The translations under genes and the position numbers were made by a program. This document shows, one piece after another, positions 34,201-42,089 of a stretch of DNA of 64,000 bases (within the stretch, counting starts at the first letter, position 1; every line of letters starts with the position of its first letter). Origin of the DNA: Schmidtea nova (taxonomy: Eukaryota); the NCBI GenBank assembly GCA_044892505.1, contig CM097882.1, forward strand, positions 138,136,001 through 138,200,000, in the 5' to 3' direction. The notes below the pieces were generated by a model, which worked only from the letters and a program-made list of their open reading frames with translations, did no database searches and was not told the origin of the DNA.

Positions 34201-37200
34201 CAATCAACAAGAAAAAAGAAACAAGGAAATTGTACTAAAAGCCAGGGAAATAATGGGAAAATGGCATGTCAGAGACGATATATTAAGAGATATACAATTG
34301 ATAATTAGTGATTACGCAAGGGGACTACCAACAAAACCAGTCATTTCAGAACTATTGGAGAAAATTCCAGAAATACTTTCACTACAAGACATAGGAGGAC
34401 AACCAGCATTACATAACGCCATAAAATGGGGAGAAGTAGAGAGAGTAAAAGAATTTCTAAAAATCGCTAAGGAAACAAACCAACACCTTGGTTTTGGGAA
34501 TAGCGAACAAGAAACACCATTAATGGTAGCAGCCATCTACAAATCGGATAAAGCAATAATAGACCTTTTGATAAATGCCGATTTCAACTGGACGGAACGC
34601 GATAGAGAAAACAAAACAGTCTTGAATCACGCAATATGGAGCTCAAATCAGATAATGCTCAAACAAATAATCGAGAAGGCCACTTGGGAAATAGACGAAC
34701 TGATCAAAGGTGATATAATCAAGGAGGCAATAAAAATCGGTAACTGCAAAACAATACGCAAGCTAATAAAGTGGAAAAGATCCGAAAATGATACATGGGT
34801 ATTAAATATAAACGAGGTATACAGTGAAGGACAAAACGCGTTATTACAATTCCTATTAAAATTCGTCTGTGATCAGAAAACACTGTTAACGCTATTAGAT
34901 AGAGGAAATATCATAATGTCCAAAAACAAAGAGGAGTGTAAATTCAAAAGTGAAAAAGAAGCATTATTCAGGAATATTAGGGAATGGTGTACAAAATCGC
35001 TAACCAAGACGATAACTTACAAAGATATATCCAATTTTCAAGACAAATACAAAACGGTGGAGGAGGAGTATGACAAACTAATAGACATATTAAACCACCC
35101 CGAAAGATGCAAACAATTCCTATGTCGAAAGGAAAGAGAAAGCAAAAGGAAATTTACACCACTTTTCAGCGCAGAGGTACCTTATCAAGAAAGGTTAGAT
35201 GCGATACAGGACAAAGCAAAAAAACTATTACCAGAATTCGAAAATTCTAAACATACACTGGAGATACTCGGAGCAATTGTGGAAAAGATACACGCATATG
35301 CGGAAGGAACCTACAATGAAAACGATATGATGCTCATAAAAAGAGAAATGCCAGTGACTTTCTTATTAACAAAGAATGGAGTATTGCCAATACATAGAGC
35401 CTTACGAGCAGGAAAAGATAGGAGGGTAGTCGAAATTGCACGGTTGATGCAAGATTGCGGAAGTGACATGAACATGAAAGATAAAAAGGGAGATACCCTC
35501 ATGATATTCGCAGCAAGAGCGAACACAAAAACCCGAGTGTTACAGGAACTGTACGAAGCAGGTGCAGGACTCATGGGAAGAACGAACAAAGACAGCTCAA
35601 TACTAGACGTAGCGTTGTTAACGCACAATTGGGAGGTAATAAACTTTATAAAAACAATCACAAATCAGGAGGAAATAGAATACCTTACAAGGATAGTTAA
35701 AAAAGCTAGCGTACATTCCATGATGCATAACGCTGAACTAACCGAAGCAATACTCAATTGGATGAACCCAAACACCAATGAACCAGCATTCAGGATCAAC
35801 GAGTTCATGGAACAAGGCCAAAATTTGTATATAAAGTGTGCATTAATAATAAACAAATGGCCAAAGATAATAGACATCTTCATGAGAAGAAAAGATTTGC
35901 GATTCACAAACAACCCAAAGGAAACAGAACGTACGGACAAATGGAAAGAACTAATGAAAACGTACCTTAATAATTGGATAAAAGCCAAGAAAGAGATTCT
36001 AGATTGTAAATTAACCGATAAGGAAATACCTAAGCAGGCAGTAACACAAGAATATGAAGCAAGTATACTCACAACCATAACGTATGAAAAAATGATAGAA
36101 GCAATTAATGTCGAGGACGACATTTTCAACGACCAAAGGGGAGGCGACAATACAGGAAACGACGACGATAGTACTCGAGAAAATCCAGAGGATCATGAGT
36201 TATCAGATGAAGAGGACAGTGAAGAGAAAGGAAGGGACACAGAGAAAAATGATAAGAAAAATGAATTTGGGAAACAAAGAAACAACAACTATAAAAATAA
36301 AAACGAAGCAAAAAGAACAAGCTACAAACAAACAATAAATCCATTCTTTAAACCAGAACTATTATTACTAACGGTAATCATGACCTTAATTAGTCCCACT
36401 CAAGGAATGATATGTGAAGAAAGAACGACAATACAAATTGGAAACGCAAAAGGAATCGAACGAGTATGTTGGTCAAAAAAGGACAAAATATCGGGACAAA
36501 ATAGTCCAATGGATTGCAGGATCTCAGAATACGAACAAGAAATCATAGAGATCGATGACCTAGAGCTAGATACTTGGTACAGAATGTGCACCGTTCGGAA
36601 ACCAAAGGATCCGAGATCACATAAGACAATTGCATGTGCAAACTACCTAACACCCAAAATAACCATAACAGTACAGCAGACATCCAAAGGAGACTACGCC
36701 GTAGGAAAGTGTGGAAAAACAGAGACCCAAGGAACAAAAAACAAAAAACCCCAGACAATAGATAGACGAACAACGCCAACTATACGAATTACCATAGACA
36801 GGCCCGAAGCAAGAGTAACCACAAATGAAACCAAAAGAGTGACCTACCAAACAGAATTACTATGTTTAGCACTCATATTAACAATGTTAAAACGGTTAGA
36901 AGAAGGGATAGACATTGACACAATGGCAGTAACAGAGATGAACGACACCCAAAACACCAACCCAAAGTGTTGGGCCAGAAGCAACGAAGAAATTGGCGTA
37001 AGCGAAATAAAGACGAGTCGGAAAAGGAAAACAAATAAAGTAACCAAGATATCAGAAGTAAAAGCAGACAGGACGTATGAACTATGTTTACTAGAAAAAG
37101 AAAGACACAAGAAAGGAACGACAATTTGTAAAACATTTCAACCTGGGGAAACAATAAAGTTCATAAGACGAGGAAGAAAAAATATACGCACCAAACGGAG

Positions 37201-38299
37201 AACAACTATAATGTTAGAGTTAACCGGGATAGAACCGGACGTCAAAGGCGTATGCTGGAAGAAGCAGGAAAAGAAAACAAACCAGAATACACCGCCGCAA
37301 TGTCGAACAAACAGAGGAACAACCACAATACAGATAGAAGGGTTAGAAAGTAATCAAACGTACGAAATATGCCTGATCAGGAAGAGCGACAAAATAACAG
37401 TAAATGAACTGGAATGCAAAATATATAAAACACCCAGCAGAACAAGAATTGGAAAGACAACGCGAAAAAGCAGAAGACAACGGAACAAAGGAAAAGCGAG
37501 GTATACCACTACTTTTGAACCTAATGGACAACAGAAAAACCAAGAAATACAAATAAGAACCGAAAAGAATACTACAGCAACTCTTATACTATGGAGAATA
37601 GACAATAAAACGTTAGAAATATGTTGGGCAGTAGTTCAGGAACAAAAAGAAAGACAGCCACGATCCTGCGAAAACGTAAAAGGAAAAGAAGAAATGAGTA
37701 TCAAAAATCTGAAATTTAATAGAGAATACGAGATATGTGCGGTAGAAAAGACGGACATATTGGGAAATCAGCAGGAAAGATGCGAAACGTACTACACACC
37801 GGTAAACTCAACGTCCAAAGGGAAAGTGAGAAAACTCGAATTTAAAGAATTAAGTCAGACAACGAAACAAATGGACGCAGAACAAGTAGTAATAGACCCT
37901 TACGCAAGATGGACGCCGGAAGAAGTAATTAAAGAAGTTAAAAGAAAACAACAAGAACGAGAACAACTACTAAATAAACTAAAGGGACAATACGGACCAA
38001 TGATTAACCAGAGTGAAATTACGAAGATGGACGTAAACAAACAAGTTAGAGAACTAATTGGTCTAGGAATACTAGCAGCAACTATTCCAGTAATAACAGT
38101 ATTATTAATAATATGGATATATGATGTATTCAACAAGAAACCAATAACACATTGGCCAGATATAAAAATTATGAACTACAGAATAGAATTACCGGAAGAA
38201 GTACAGAAAGAATTTCAAAGGAGGACGAAAGGCAAGGAATTTTGGAGACAAATAGAAGATGAGGAGCGATACGAAGGAAAGACAGTGATGGTGATATAG
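28241..38299 (+). CDS. pol: 3352-aa polyprotein: Env-like glycoprotein, protease, RT, RNase H, integrase, ankyrin repeats, FN3-like type I membrane protein
   Basis: MIDTGAN (30758), YIDD (31973), LLATDASG, HDGKLGGH...CLTC, MDVIGPLP/TDQGT/NGQTERFN, GKGPY, ankyrin motifs, and several hydrophobic segments. Confidence 0.95.
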   Translation: MKRKFEEILGELEKEKSGTGNGKSSLNLSSIIMMMLIWMISTDGATAFEVFDCDQMALGEKYSLRGTEQCKDATPTELKTLKKRQLYHVYQEAELIRTMVRECKVYKTRFAFYCGHRHYSAIVMPGTERESVMLQGEDCEKLFKHGEVETRDRVKIRGKTGVILQQTYYVAGAITGGEGYCQGATYPIFGVAATNLVVIDTYTVELKTYEAFFDPTTGEMKTLPMCKIESNTCQTGMSTLTYQIRGKECQLQLLKEAEFDEIQGKTFQEEEEDEAARGKILQDTVRGEKKIETRTQEKQIKMRNTPTVLITSDADIGMRFVKGKTALKCGVAMLETNYPGIFVSKQEVPSAKRKVHTNDVKLHLYMNNKMDFLFHRGQASLQKVYYDLINNDCILNREILKTKLAVAITNPDCAMPLLPLREGHFGRVVGEVMYVYICKKTNAKVATMTKLQPGQCTNELEIEYKGKVRYVQPVTRIINPVSFEPNPFNCSNAYGPLYQKPDGNWVMFPSRTEVPAPREFELMQLSKGRKFKDVDVSNMGFYSAKDLEAARQNILFPARREAVLSSIVTITGGTNYQGGPNYELLLSPAHFKKATENMMKAMWGRFLIFGQMMAGILGVILIIQIIRVIITQMLACFDIYKREKKVNWKLVVGFLPFLAKTMVLHGHSKDIHRIKRLLKILAKMKGTDEEVGRKFKKIMNNEQARQQLKKERKGLWERMKGYRTQDDSSDDDDDDNEGGQVFKNQVPQYVEKNPAEMWKCYAPPPTMYQEPTPGMRQNTMQMMPMTNIYPMIPEDYRTRRCRSVDPQGDSHTIAVMSSNTGPVLTTTIEINGREIEAMIDTGANISAIDIKWIPQEQRRDIERTNVHVIACSKEVVEVAGRWWVKIKHQNTEIETYVAVIPALSVPCIIGTDLMPALFKEIVIDLGTMRLKDRTGQICAIEAKVTSSKQIIVPARREKICFVKIDPTIEGDMIFEPSKRFEKRKSLPMARGLVSANDNGEIPINVVNFDEEDKIIYENERLGKLTPMIDIEIPIKEGVKEEEPTWNIDSQLLNEDQKKQLERLLIEYKDIFAASDLDLGTCDVTLHTIPLTDETPIALRPYKLAEAQKSVAEAEVQKMLDAEVIEPSCSPWQFPVVMVKKKDGTQRFCIDYRRLNAVTKRDTYPLPDINEMLLTLQGAAYFTSLDLKSGYWQIKMKEEDKEKTAFTIGRDLYQFRKMPFGLTNAPASFQRCMNFVTHGIKQCMVYIDDLLIYSSTFEQHIQDIRDVFVRLRQWKLKLKPSKCDWAKEKVTFLGHIVSAKGKEPDPRNIDKVKECPVPKTITQIQEFLGLCGYYRKFIKDYAGIAKPIQELVKKDVSFIWGSEQQTAFETLRDKLITAPILVHPDFKKPFLLATDASGYAAGAVLGQYDDEGKERVIGYYSRTFKKHEKNYSVTEREALAIILAIKHFKYLLWGHVICITTDHQPLVWLGQHKETSSRLMRWAMQLQEYSPDIKFKSGKANANADCMSRLTFPELTDPEVQRICIMIAEDLDFSELKKDQQEDKELRPIIEFLSSRNMDVFKDNAELKEHMRKYQHRYTIEKGWLLIQDGEKRLMCLPSNRRKEIITQYHDGKLGGHMSDKKTLDRMRQKYYWPTMDEDVKEWIKNCLTCATRKDSGKKWKNPLKPMPIPAEPMTTIAMDVIGPLPESLNWNQYILVITDYLTKFPEAFAMPDQKAKTVARILVEEICCRYGTPKQILTDQGTNFMSEILDEVTNYFRIAKLRTSPYHPQTNGQTERFNGTLIRMLSNYVSKHQTDWDEYIKLCLMAYRMSIHAATKLSPFQLMYGRECNMPIDLEYQPPLSQYMEEDDYVTKFKERMQEIWKTAELNIKFYQESYKDLHDQKKNVKTNDLKPGDWVMIETPEIIPGTVKKLQRPGKGPYEVIYKKENNVKVKLVNRPLIRPIYVNTCRCKKVPKTITTAPEERIITRSQTARMNMLRATNESTEAENNQQEKRNKEIVLKAREIMGKWHVRDDILRDIQLIISDYARGLPTKPVISELLEKIPEILSLQDIGGQPALHNAIKWGEVERVKEFLKIAKETNQHLGFGNSEQETPLMVAAIYKSDKAIIDLLINADFNWTERDRENKTVLNHAIWSSNQIMLKQIIEKATWEIDELIKGDIIKEAIKIGNCKTIRKLIKWKRSENDTWVLNINEVYSEGQNALLQFLLKFVCDQKTLLTLLDRGNIIMSKNKEECKFKSEKEALFRNIREWCTKSLTKTITYKDISNFQDKYKTVEEEYDKLIDILNHPERCKQFLCRKERESKRKFTPLFSAEVPYQERLDAIQDKAKKLLPEFENSKHTLEILGAIVEKIHAYAEGTYNENDMMLIKREMPVTFLLTKNGVLPIHRALRAGKDRRVVEIARLMQDCGSDMNMKDKKGDTLMIFAARANTKTRVLQELYEAGAGLMGRTNKDSSILDVALLTHNWEVINFIKTITNQEEIEYLTRIVKKASVHSMMHNAELTEAILNWMNPNTNEPAFRINEFMEQGQNLYIKCALIINKWPKIIDIFMRRKDLRFTNNPKETERTDKWKELMKTYLNNWIKAKKEILDCKLTDKEIPKQAVTQEYEASILTTITYEKMIEAINVEDDIFNDQRGGDNTGNDDDSTRENPEDHELSDEEDSEEKGRDTEKNDKKNEFGKQRNNNYKNKNEAKRTSYKQTINPFFKPELLLLTVIMTLISPTQGMICEERTTIQIGNAKGIERVCWSKKDKISGQNSPMDCRISEYEQEIIEIDDLELDTWYRMCTVRKPKDPRSHKTIACANYLTPKITITVQQTSKGDYAVGKCGKTETQGTKNKKPQTIDRRTTPTIRITIDRPEARVTTNETKRVTYQTELLCLALILTMLKRLEEGIDIDTMAVTEMNDTQNTNPKCWARSNEEIGVSEIKTSRKRKTNKVTKISEVKADRTYELCLLEKERHKKGTTICKTFQPGETIKFIRRGRKNIRTKRRTTIMLELTGIEPDVKGVCWKKQEKKTNQNTPPQCRTNRGTTTIQIEGLESNQTYEICLIRKSDKITVNELECKIYKTPSRTRIGKTTRKSRRQRNKGKARYTTTFEPNGQQKNQEIQIRTEKNTTATLILWRIDNKTLEICWAVVQEQKERQPRSCENVKGKEEMSIKNLKFNREYEICAVEKTDILGNQQERCETYYTPVNSTSKGKVRKLEFKELSQTTKQMDAEQVVIDPYARWTPEEVIKEVKRKQQEREQLLNKLKGQYGPMINQSEITKMDVNKQVRELIGLGILAATIPVITVLLIIWIYDVFNKKPITHWPDIKIMNYRIELPEEVQKEFQRRTKGKEFWRQIEDEERYEGKTVMVI
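28331..30231 (+). other. Env-like domain: chuvirus/Monjiviricetes-type fusion glycoprotein with signal-like and transmembrane segments
   Basis: IIMMMLIWMI...ATA|FEVFDC; YSL...C; ECKV...R...YCG..HYS; AG...G.G.C.G..Y; CG...ETNYP; LYMNNKMDF; C...REILKTKL; GEVMYVYIC; CTNEL; ILFPARREAVL; TM FLIFGQMMAGILGVILIIQII. Motif and Cys order recognised by eye. Confidence 0.75.
34390..35660 (+). other. Ankyrin-repeat region downstream of integrase
   Basis: GQPALHNAIKWGE, ETPLMVAAIY, KTVLNHAIW, VLPIHRALRAG, GDTLMIFAARAN, SSILDVALLTHN. Confidence 0.8.
36353..38130 (+). other. C-terminal membrane protein: signal-like segment, four Cys-containing FN3-like repeats, TM anchor
   Basis: PELLLLTVIMTLISPTQG; four repeats of the form xCW...(C)...I..L....Y.(I/L/M)C...C; TM LIGLGILAATIPVITVLLIIWIY. 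Confidence 0.65.
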
Positions 38300-38424
38300 G
38301 AGGCGGGATATGACTGTAAATAATAGTGTAAATAACAATGCATTACCGTAATAGTATGGGTATCGATATTATAAAAATATAAAAAGAGAAATCGAGAAAA
38401 CGATTAATGTATATAATTTAGAAA

Positions 38425-38781
38425 ATGAACGAACAGGAAGAAATAGCAGAAACTACTATGGCTATGCGATGGAAAGCCCAGTGTGACATGTTAATACGAA
38501 CAATCAACTCACTACAAAATCAGTTAATTGAGAAACAGAATTTGTTATCCGAAAGTTATAATAATAGTTTTGAACAACTCCACAGAATCGAGGAGCAACA
38601 GAGATTGATAACGCAACTTACCAGAGAGAATCAAGTGATGAGCGACATAAATCAGAGACAAGCAATAGAGATAGACCGTTTAACAATGGGGGAGATAGAA
38701 GAAGCAGAGGATGGATGGACAAATTGGGCAATAAACAGGTCGGAAAATGACCCAGAACCAGATTCAACAAACGAGCCGTAG
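38425..38781 (+). CDS. Small coiled-coil accessory protein (118 aa)
   Basis: ATG-initiated with heptad pattern; TTTAG acceptor-like site 3 nt before the ATG. Confidence 0.6.
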   Translation: MNEQEEIAETTMAMRWKAQCDMLIRTINSLQNQLIEKQNLLSESYNNSFEQLHRIEEQQRLITQLTRENQVMSDINQRQAIEIDRLTMGEIEEAEDGWTNWAINRSENDPEPDSTNEP

Positions 38782-38872
38782 ATAAATAAAGCGAAAAATT
38801 GTAAATATGTAAAAACAAAAACAAGAAAAATCAAAAAATAGATAACAAATCAAGTGTATATATCATTGTAGA

Positions 38873-40256
38873 ATGAATACAGAAGGAAAAGCCGAAGAGC
38901 GGATAATCGAAATTTTGAGAGCCGAGAACAGGAAATGGAGTCAGAGACTCACTTGTGTAAATTGTAAAAACATAATATTGAAACCAAGACAAACCCTATG
39001 CGGATGCAGAGTATGTACCAAATGCATACACGAGTTAAGTATGAAAAGACCACCAGAATGTCCAGAATGCAAAGAAGGACAAATAAAATTCGAAGAAACC
39101 GGACCAGATAGAGCAACTCAGAGAGAAATCATGAACACGAAAACCGAATGTATAAATCAACCATGTATATGGCAAGGACAAATACGCGATCTCGAGAACC
39201 ATCTGGAGAACTGCGAAGAGAAGAGAACTGAATGTAACAAATGCCAACAAAAAATAACTATAAAGAATAAAGAGCAGCACAAAGATGAATGTAAAGAAGA
39301 GGAAAGTCTATGCGAATATTGTGGAACTCGAGAAACGAGGAGAAAGATCGAAGAAGAACACCTGAATGTAAAAGAGGAGAAAGTATGTAGACAATATGTA
39401 GGAATATGTTCAAACGAATGCGAGATAACGGTAGAAGTAAAATTACAAGAACATTGGAAAGTGTGCACGGAGAAACCAAGGGAATGTCCTTATAACAAAC
39501 AGGGATGTATGGAGAAAAGAACGCAAAAAAACCATGAAACAACATCTGGAGGAAGCATTGCTAAAGCATGCGGAAATGACAAACGAAGCAACAAAAGAAA
39601 CCGAACAAACAATCAAAAAATTAGAAAGAGAAATAGAGTCACACAAGATAATGGTAAACCTACTGTTGGAAACCAGAGAGCAATTCGAACTAACACGAGA
39701 AAAGATGGAGGAAAAGATAAAAGCTATCGAAGAATTGGCTAAAGGAATGAAAATCCAGTACAACAAACTCACCCAGGATACCGAGGAAAAGTTGCCAATC
39801 GCACCCTATGTGTGGAAAGTGACAGATTTTAGAGACAAATTAACAGAGGCCAGAAATATGACGAAAACAGCAGTAATAAGCCCACCATTTTATTTATGGA
39901 GAAACGGAGCTAAAGTGAGATTGAAGCTATACCCAAATGGAGACGGAAGAGGACGAGGAACACATGTGTCAATATTTTTCTCGCTATGTAAAAGAGAATA
40001 CGACGACCTAGTAGAATGGCCCTTGAAAGTAGGAGTCATTATAAGAATCAGAAGTGTAGCAAAACCAGTGGAAAAATTCTTTGAGACAGAGAAACATGCG
40101 AGTACGAGCGAGAAACCAACCACAGAATGTGGATTAGCAGCGGGAGAACCGATGTTTATAACGAAAGAAAGCTTATGGGAACGATTATATGCAGACACCC
40201 TATACATAGAAATGGAAAGGAATGAGAAAGCGGATAGAAAAGGATGGTTGACGTAA
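38873..40256 (+). CDS. TRAF: Intronless TRAF-family protein (RING, TRAF Zn fingers, coiled coil, MATH) with one frameshift in an A7 run
   Basis: CVNC...CGCRVCTKC...CPEC RING; ECINQPCIWQG...LENHLENC Zn fingers; YVWKVTDF...SPPFY...KLYPNGDGRGRGTHVSIFF...YDDLVEWP MATH. Removing one A from 39525-39531 joins the two ORFs as EKRTQKTMKQHLEE. Confidence 0.9.
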
Positions 40257-40372
40257 CAAGAGAAGTGATCATGTAAATAATATGTACAGTTAAATACCCA
40301 AAAATTATTATATAAACAAAAATAACTGATATATAAACCGATTAAAAATTTTTTTTCTCTGTAATTATAGCA

Positions 40373-41434
40373 ATGGGAAATATCGAAGTATGCTTACAGG
40401 AAATTACGATGCATCAAGCAGAAGCGATTAGCGATCATCTAGAACAGATCGAAATATGGGTCAATGCATATTATAGAAAGCAAGAGGAGATAGAGAGACA
40501 AGCCGAATTATTAAAAGAAGCGGAAAGATCAAGTCAAAGAAGTCGAGAAAAAATAGAAGAAGTATACAAAATGCTAAAACAACAAAAGGAATATTACCAG
40601 GGAATGATGAAAGAGCGACGAGAGGAAAGAGACAGACAGCAGATGGAAGCTGAACACAAGATGTATTCGATTACAGAACAAGCAAGATACTGGAAGAAAG
40701 AAGCGAAAGAATCTTACGAAAAAGCTAGAGAAATAATAGAAAGGACAGCTTATAGTGATGACTGGAAATTATATAAAGAGATCGACGAATTAAAAGACGA
40801 ATTAGAGAAAAAAATCAACCAGGAAGTGTTAAATAAAAGATGGAATACAAAAAGACAGCAATTTATCCGCGAACAAGCAAAGAAAATTAAAGGACTAACC
40901 TATCAAGTTCAAAGAATGGGAGAAGAACTAGCTAATCAAGAACAACTGAAAACTATGCTCACCGGAATATGGAATCAGAAAGAAGAAGAGATGAAGAGAG
41001 ATATAAATGGTTATCAAGGAGTGATTACCCAGAAGAAAATAGAGCTAAAAAGAACCAGAGAAAGGTTAAAGGAAGAGAAACAAAGTTATGAGGAAAATTT
41101 AACGAATTTGATGAAAGAAAACGAAGAATTGAAACAGAAACGAGTAACAGTATCAGTAATACCCAAAGAAGCAAGTATAACGGCAGCCGTAACAAAAATG
41201 ATGAAGGAAGACGAACAAAAGACAAAAGTAATCGAATTAGAGAAGCAAATAGAAACATTAACAGAACAAGCAAATTACCTAGAATATTTGCTGGACGAGG
41301 AGATCCAGATATCTCACATGTATCGAGATGAAGTCGAAATGTGGAGGAGCAGGGTTGTTTGGATACCACTCCCCACGAACCAGGTAGAACCTCAGGACGA
41401 AGGTTTCTACGAACCAAACGAGACGATGGTGTAA
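40373..41434 (+). CDS. Long coiled-coil (SMC/myosin-tail-like composition) accessory protein (353 aa)
   Basis: E/K/Q/R-rich heptads; polypyrimidine tract plus TAG acceptor-like site 2 nt before the ATG. Confidence 0.7.
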   Translation: MGNIEVCLQEITMHQAEAISDHLEQIEIWVNAYYRKQEEIERQAELLKEAERSSQRSREKIEEVYKMLKQQKEYYQGMMKERREERDRQQMEAEHKMYSITEQARYWKKEAKESYEKAREIIERTAYSDDWKLYKEIDELKDELEKKINQEVLNKRWNTKRQQFIREQAKKIKGLTYQVQRMGEELANQEQLKTMLTGIWNQKEEEMKRDINGYQGVITQKKIELKRTRERLKEEKQSYEENLTNLMKENEELKQKRVTVSVIPKEASITAAVTKMMKEDEQKTKVIELEKQIETLTEQANYLEYLLDEEIQISHMYRDEVEMWRSRVVWIPLPTNQVEPQDEGFYEPNETMV

Positions 41435-41516
41435 ATAAAGCGGAAAATATATTTTTGTAAATAATTGTATGAAATGTAGTGTCAAATTGTATTGATCTAT
41501 CTGTAAAGAAAACAGT

Positions 41517-42089
41517 ATGAAAAAGCTCAGAATACCGATATTCCTATACCTAATAACAATCACCCTACAAAGAGAAGATCTTCAACTCACAGAGAAGGAG
41601 CTACGAGCCCTACCCGAGAAAACCTATCAAGAACTAGATAAACTAATCAGCGAAGCAACACAAGAAATCACCCAACTTCAACAGATAACATCAGACAACC
41701 CAAACGATGAAAAATTTCAACAGGTCCTATATGAACATCGAATCAAATTGAAAACAATCAGAAAAACCCTAATAGAAGGTCGAGAACCCATAAAAAGCTT
41801 AGCCCAAGCAGAGATAGAATATCAAGAAAAATGGATCATCGCAATTATAATAATCCTTGCACTCAGCGTGACCATTATCGCGATCACAATCCTCATAACA
41901 TCATACCGAGTGAAGATCCTAAAACAAAAACAAGTCATCCTGAATCGAACAACAATACAAGACATCAGAACCCAAAAGCGAATGAGAAAACACCTAAACC
42001 GAATCCAAAGCCACTATGAACTACGAACAATCAGCGAAAGAACCCCAATCCAATCCAATACCAATCATGAAATCAAAGAGCTTGTGTAA
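41517..42089 (+). CDS. Small membrane protein: N-terminal hydrophobic segment, coiled coil, TM, basic tail (190 aa)
   Basis: MKKLRIPIFLYLITITLQ; TM WIIAIIIILALSVTIIAITILI; CAG 1 nt before the ATG. Confidence 0.75.
   Translation: MKKLRIPIFLYLITITLQREDLQLTEKELRALPEKTYQELDKLISEATQEITQLQQITSDNPNDEKFQQVLYEHRIKLKTIRKTLIEGREPIKSLAQAEIEYQEKWIIAIIIILALSVTIIAITILITSYRVKILKQKQVILNRTTIQDIRTQKRMRKHLNRIQSHYELRTISERTPIQSNTNHEIKELV

Noticed and set aside
38298-38312. AGGAGGCGGGA-TA-TG as PPT plus start of a ~7.3-kb 3' LTR
   Set aside because: Not testable here: the left repeat does not extend that far and TGAC does not mirror the CCAGCA end. Left as an alternative to test with other copies.
23031-41563. 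Dozens of minus-strand ORFs opposite the giant element's genes
   Set aside because: F/L/S/I-rich shadows of a very A-rich sense strand with no motifs; expected antisense artefacts.
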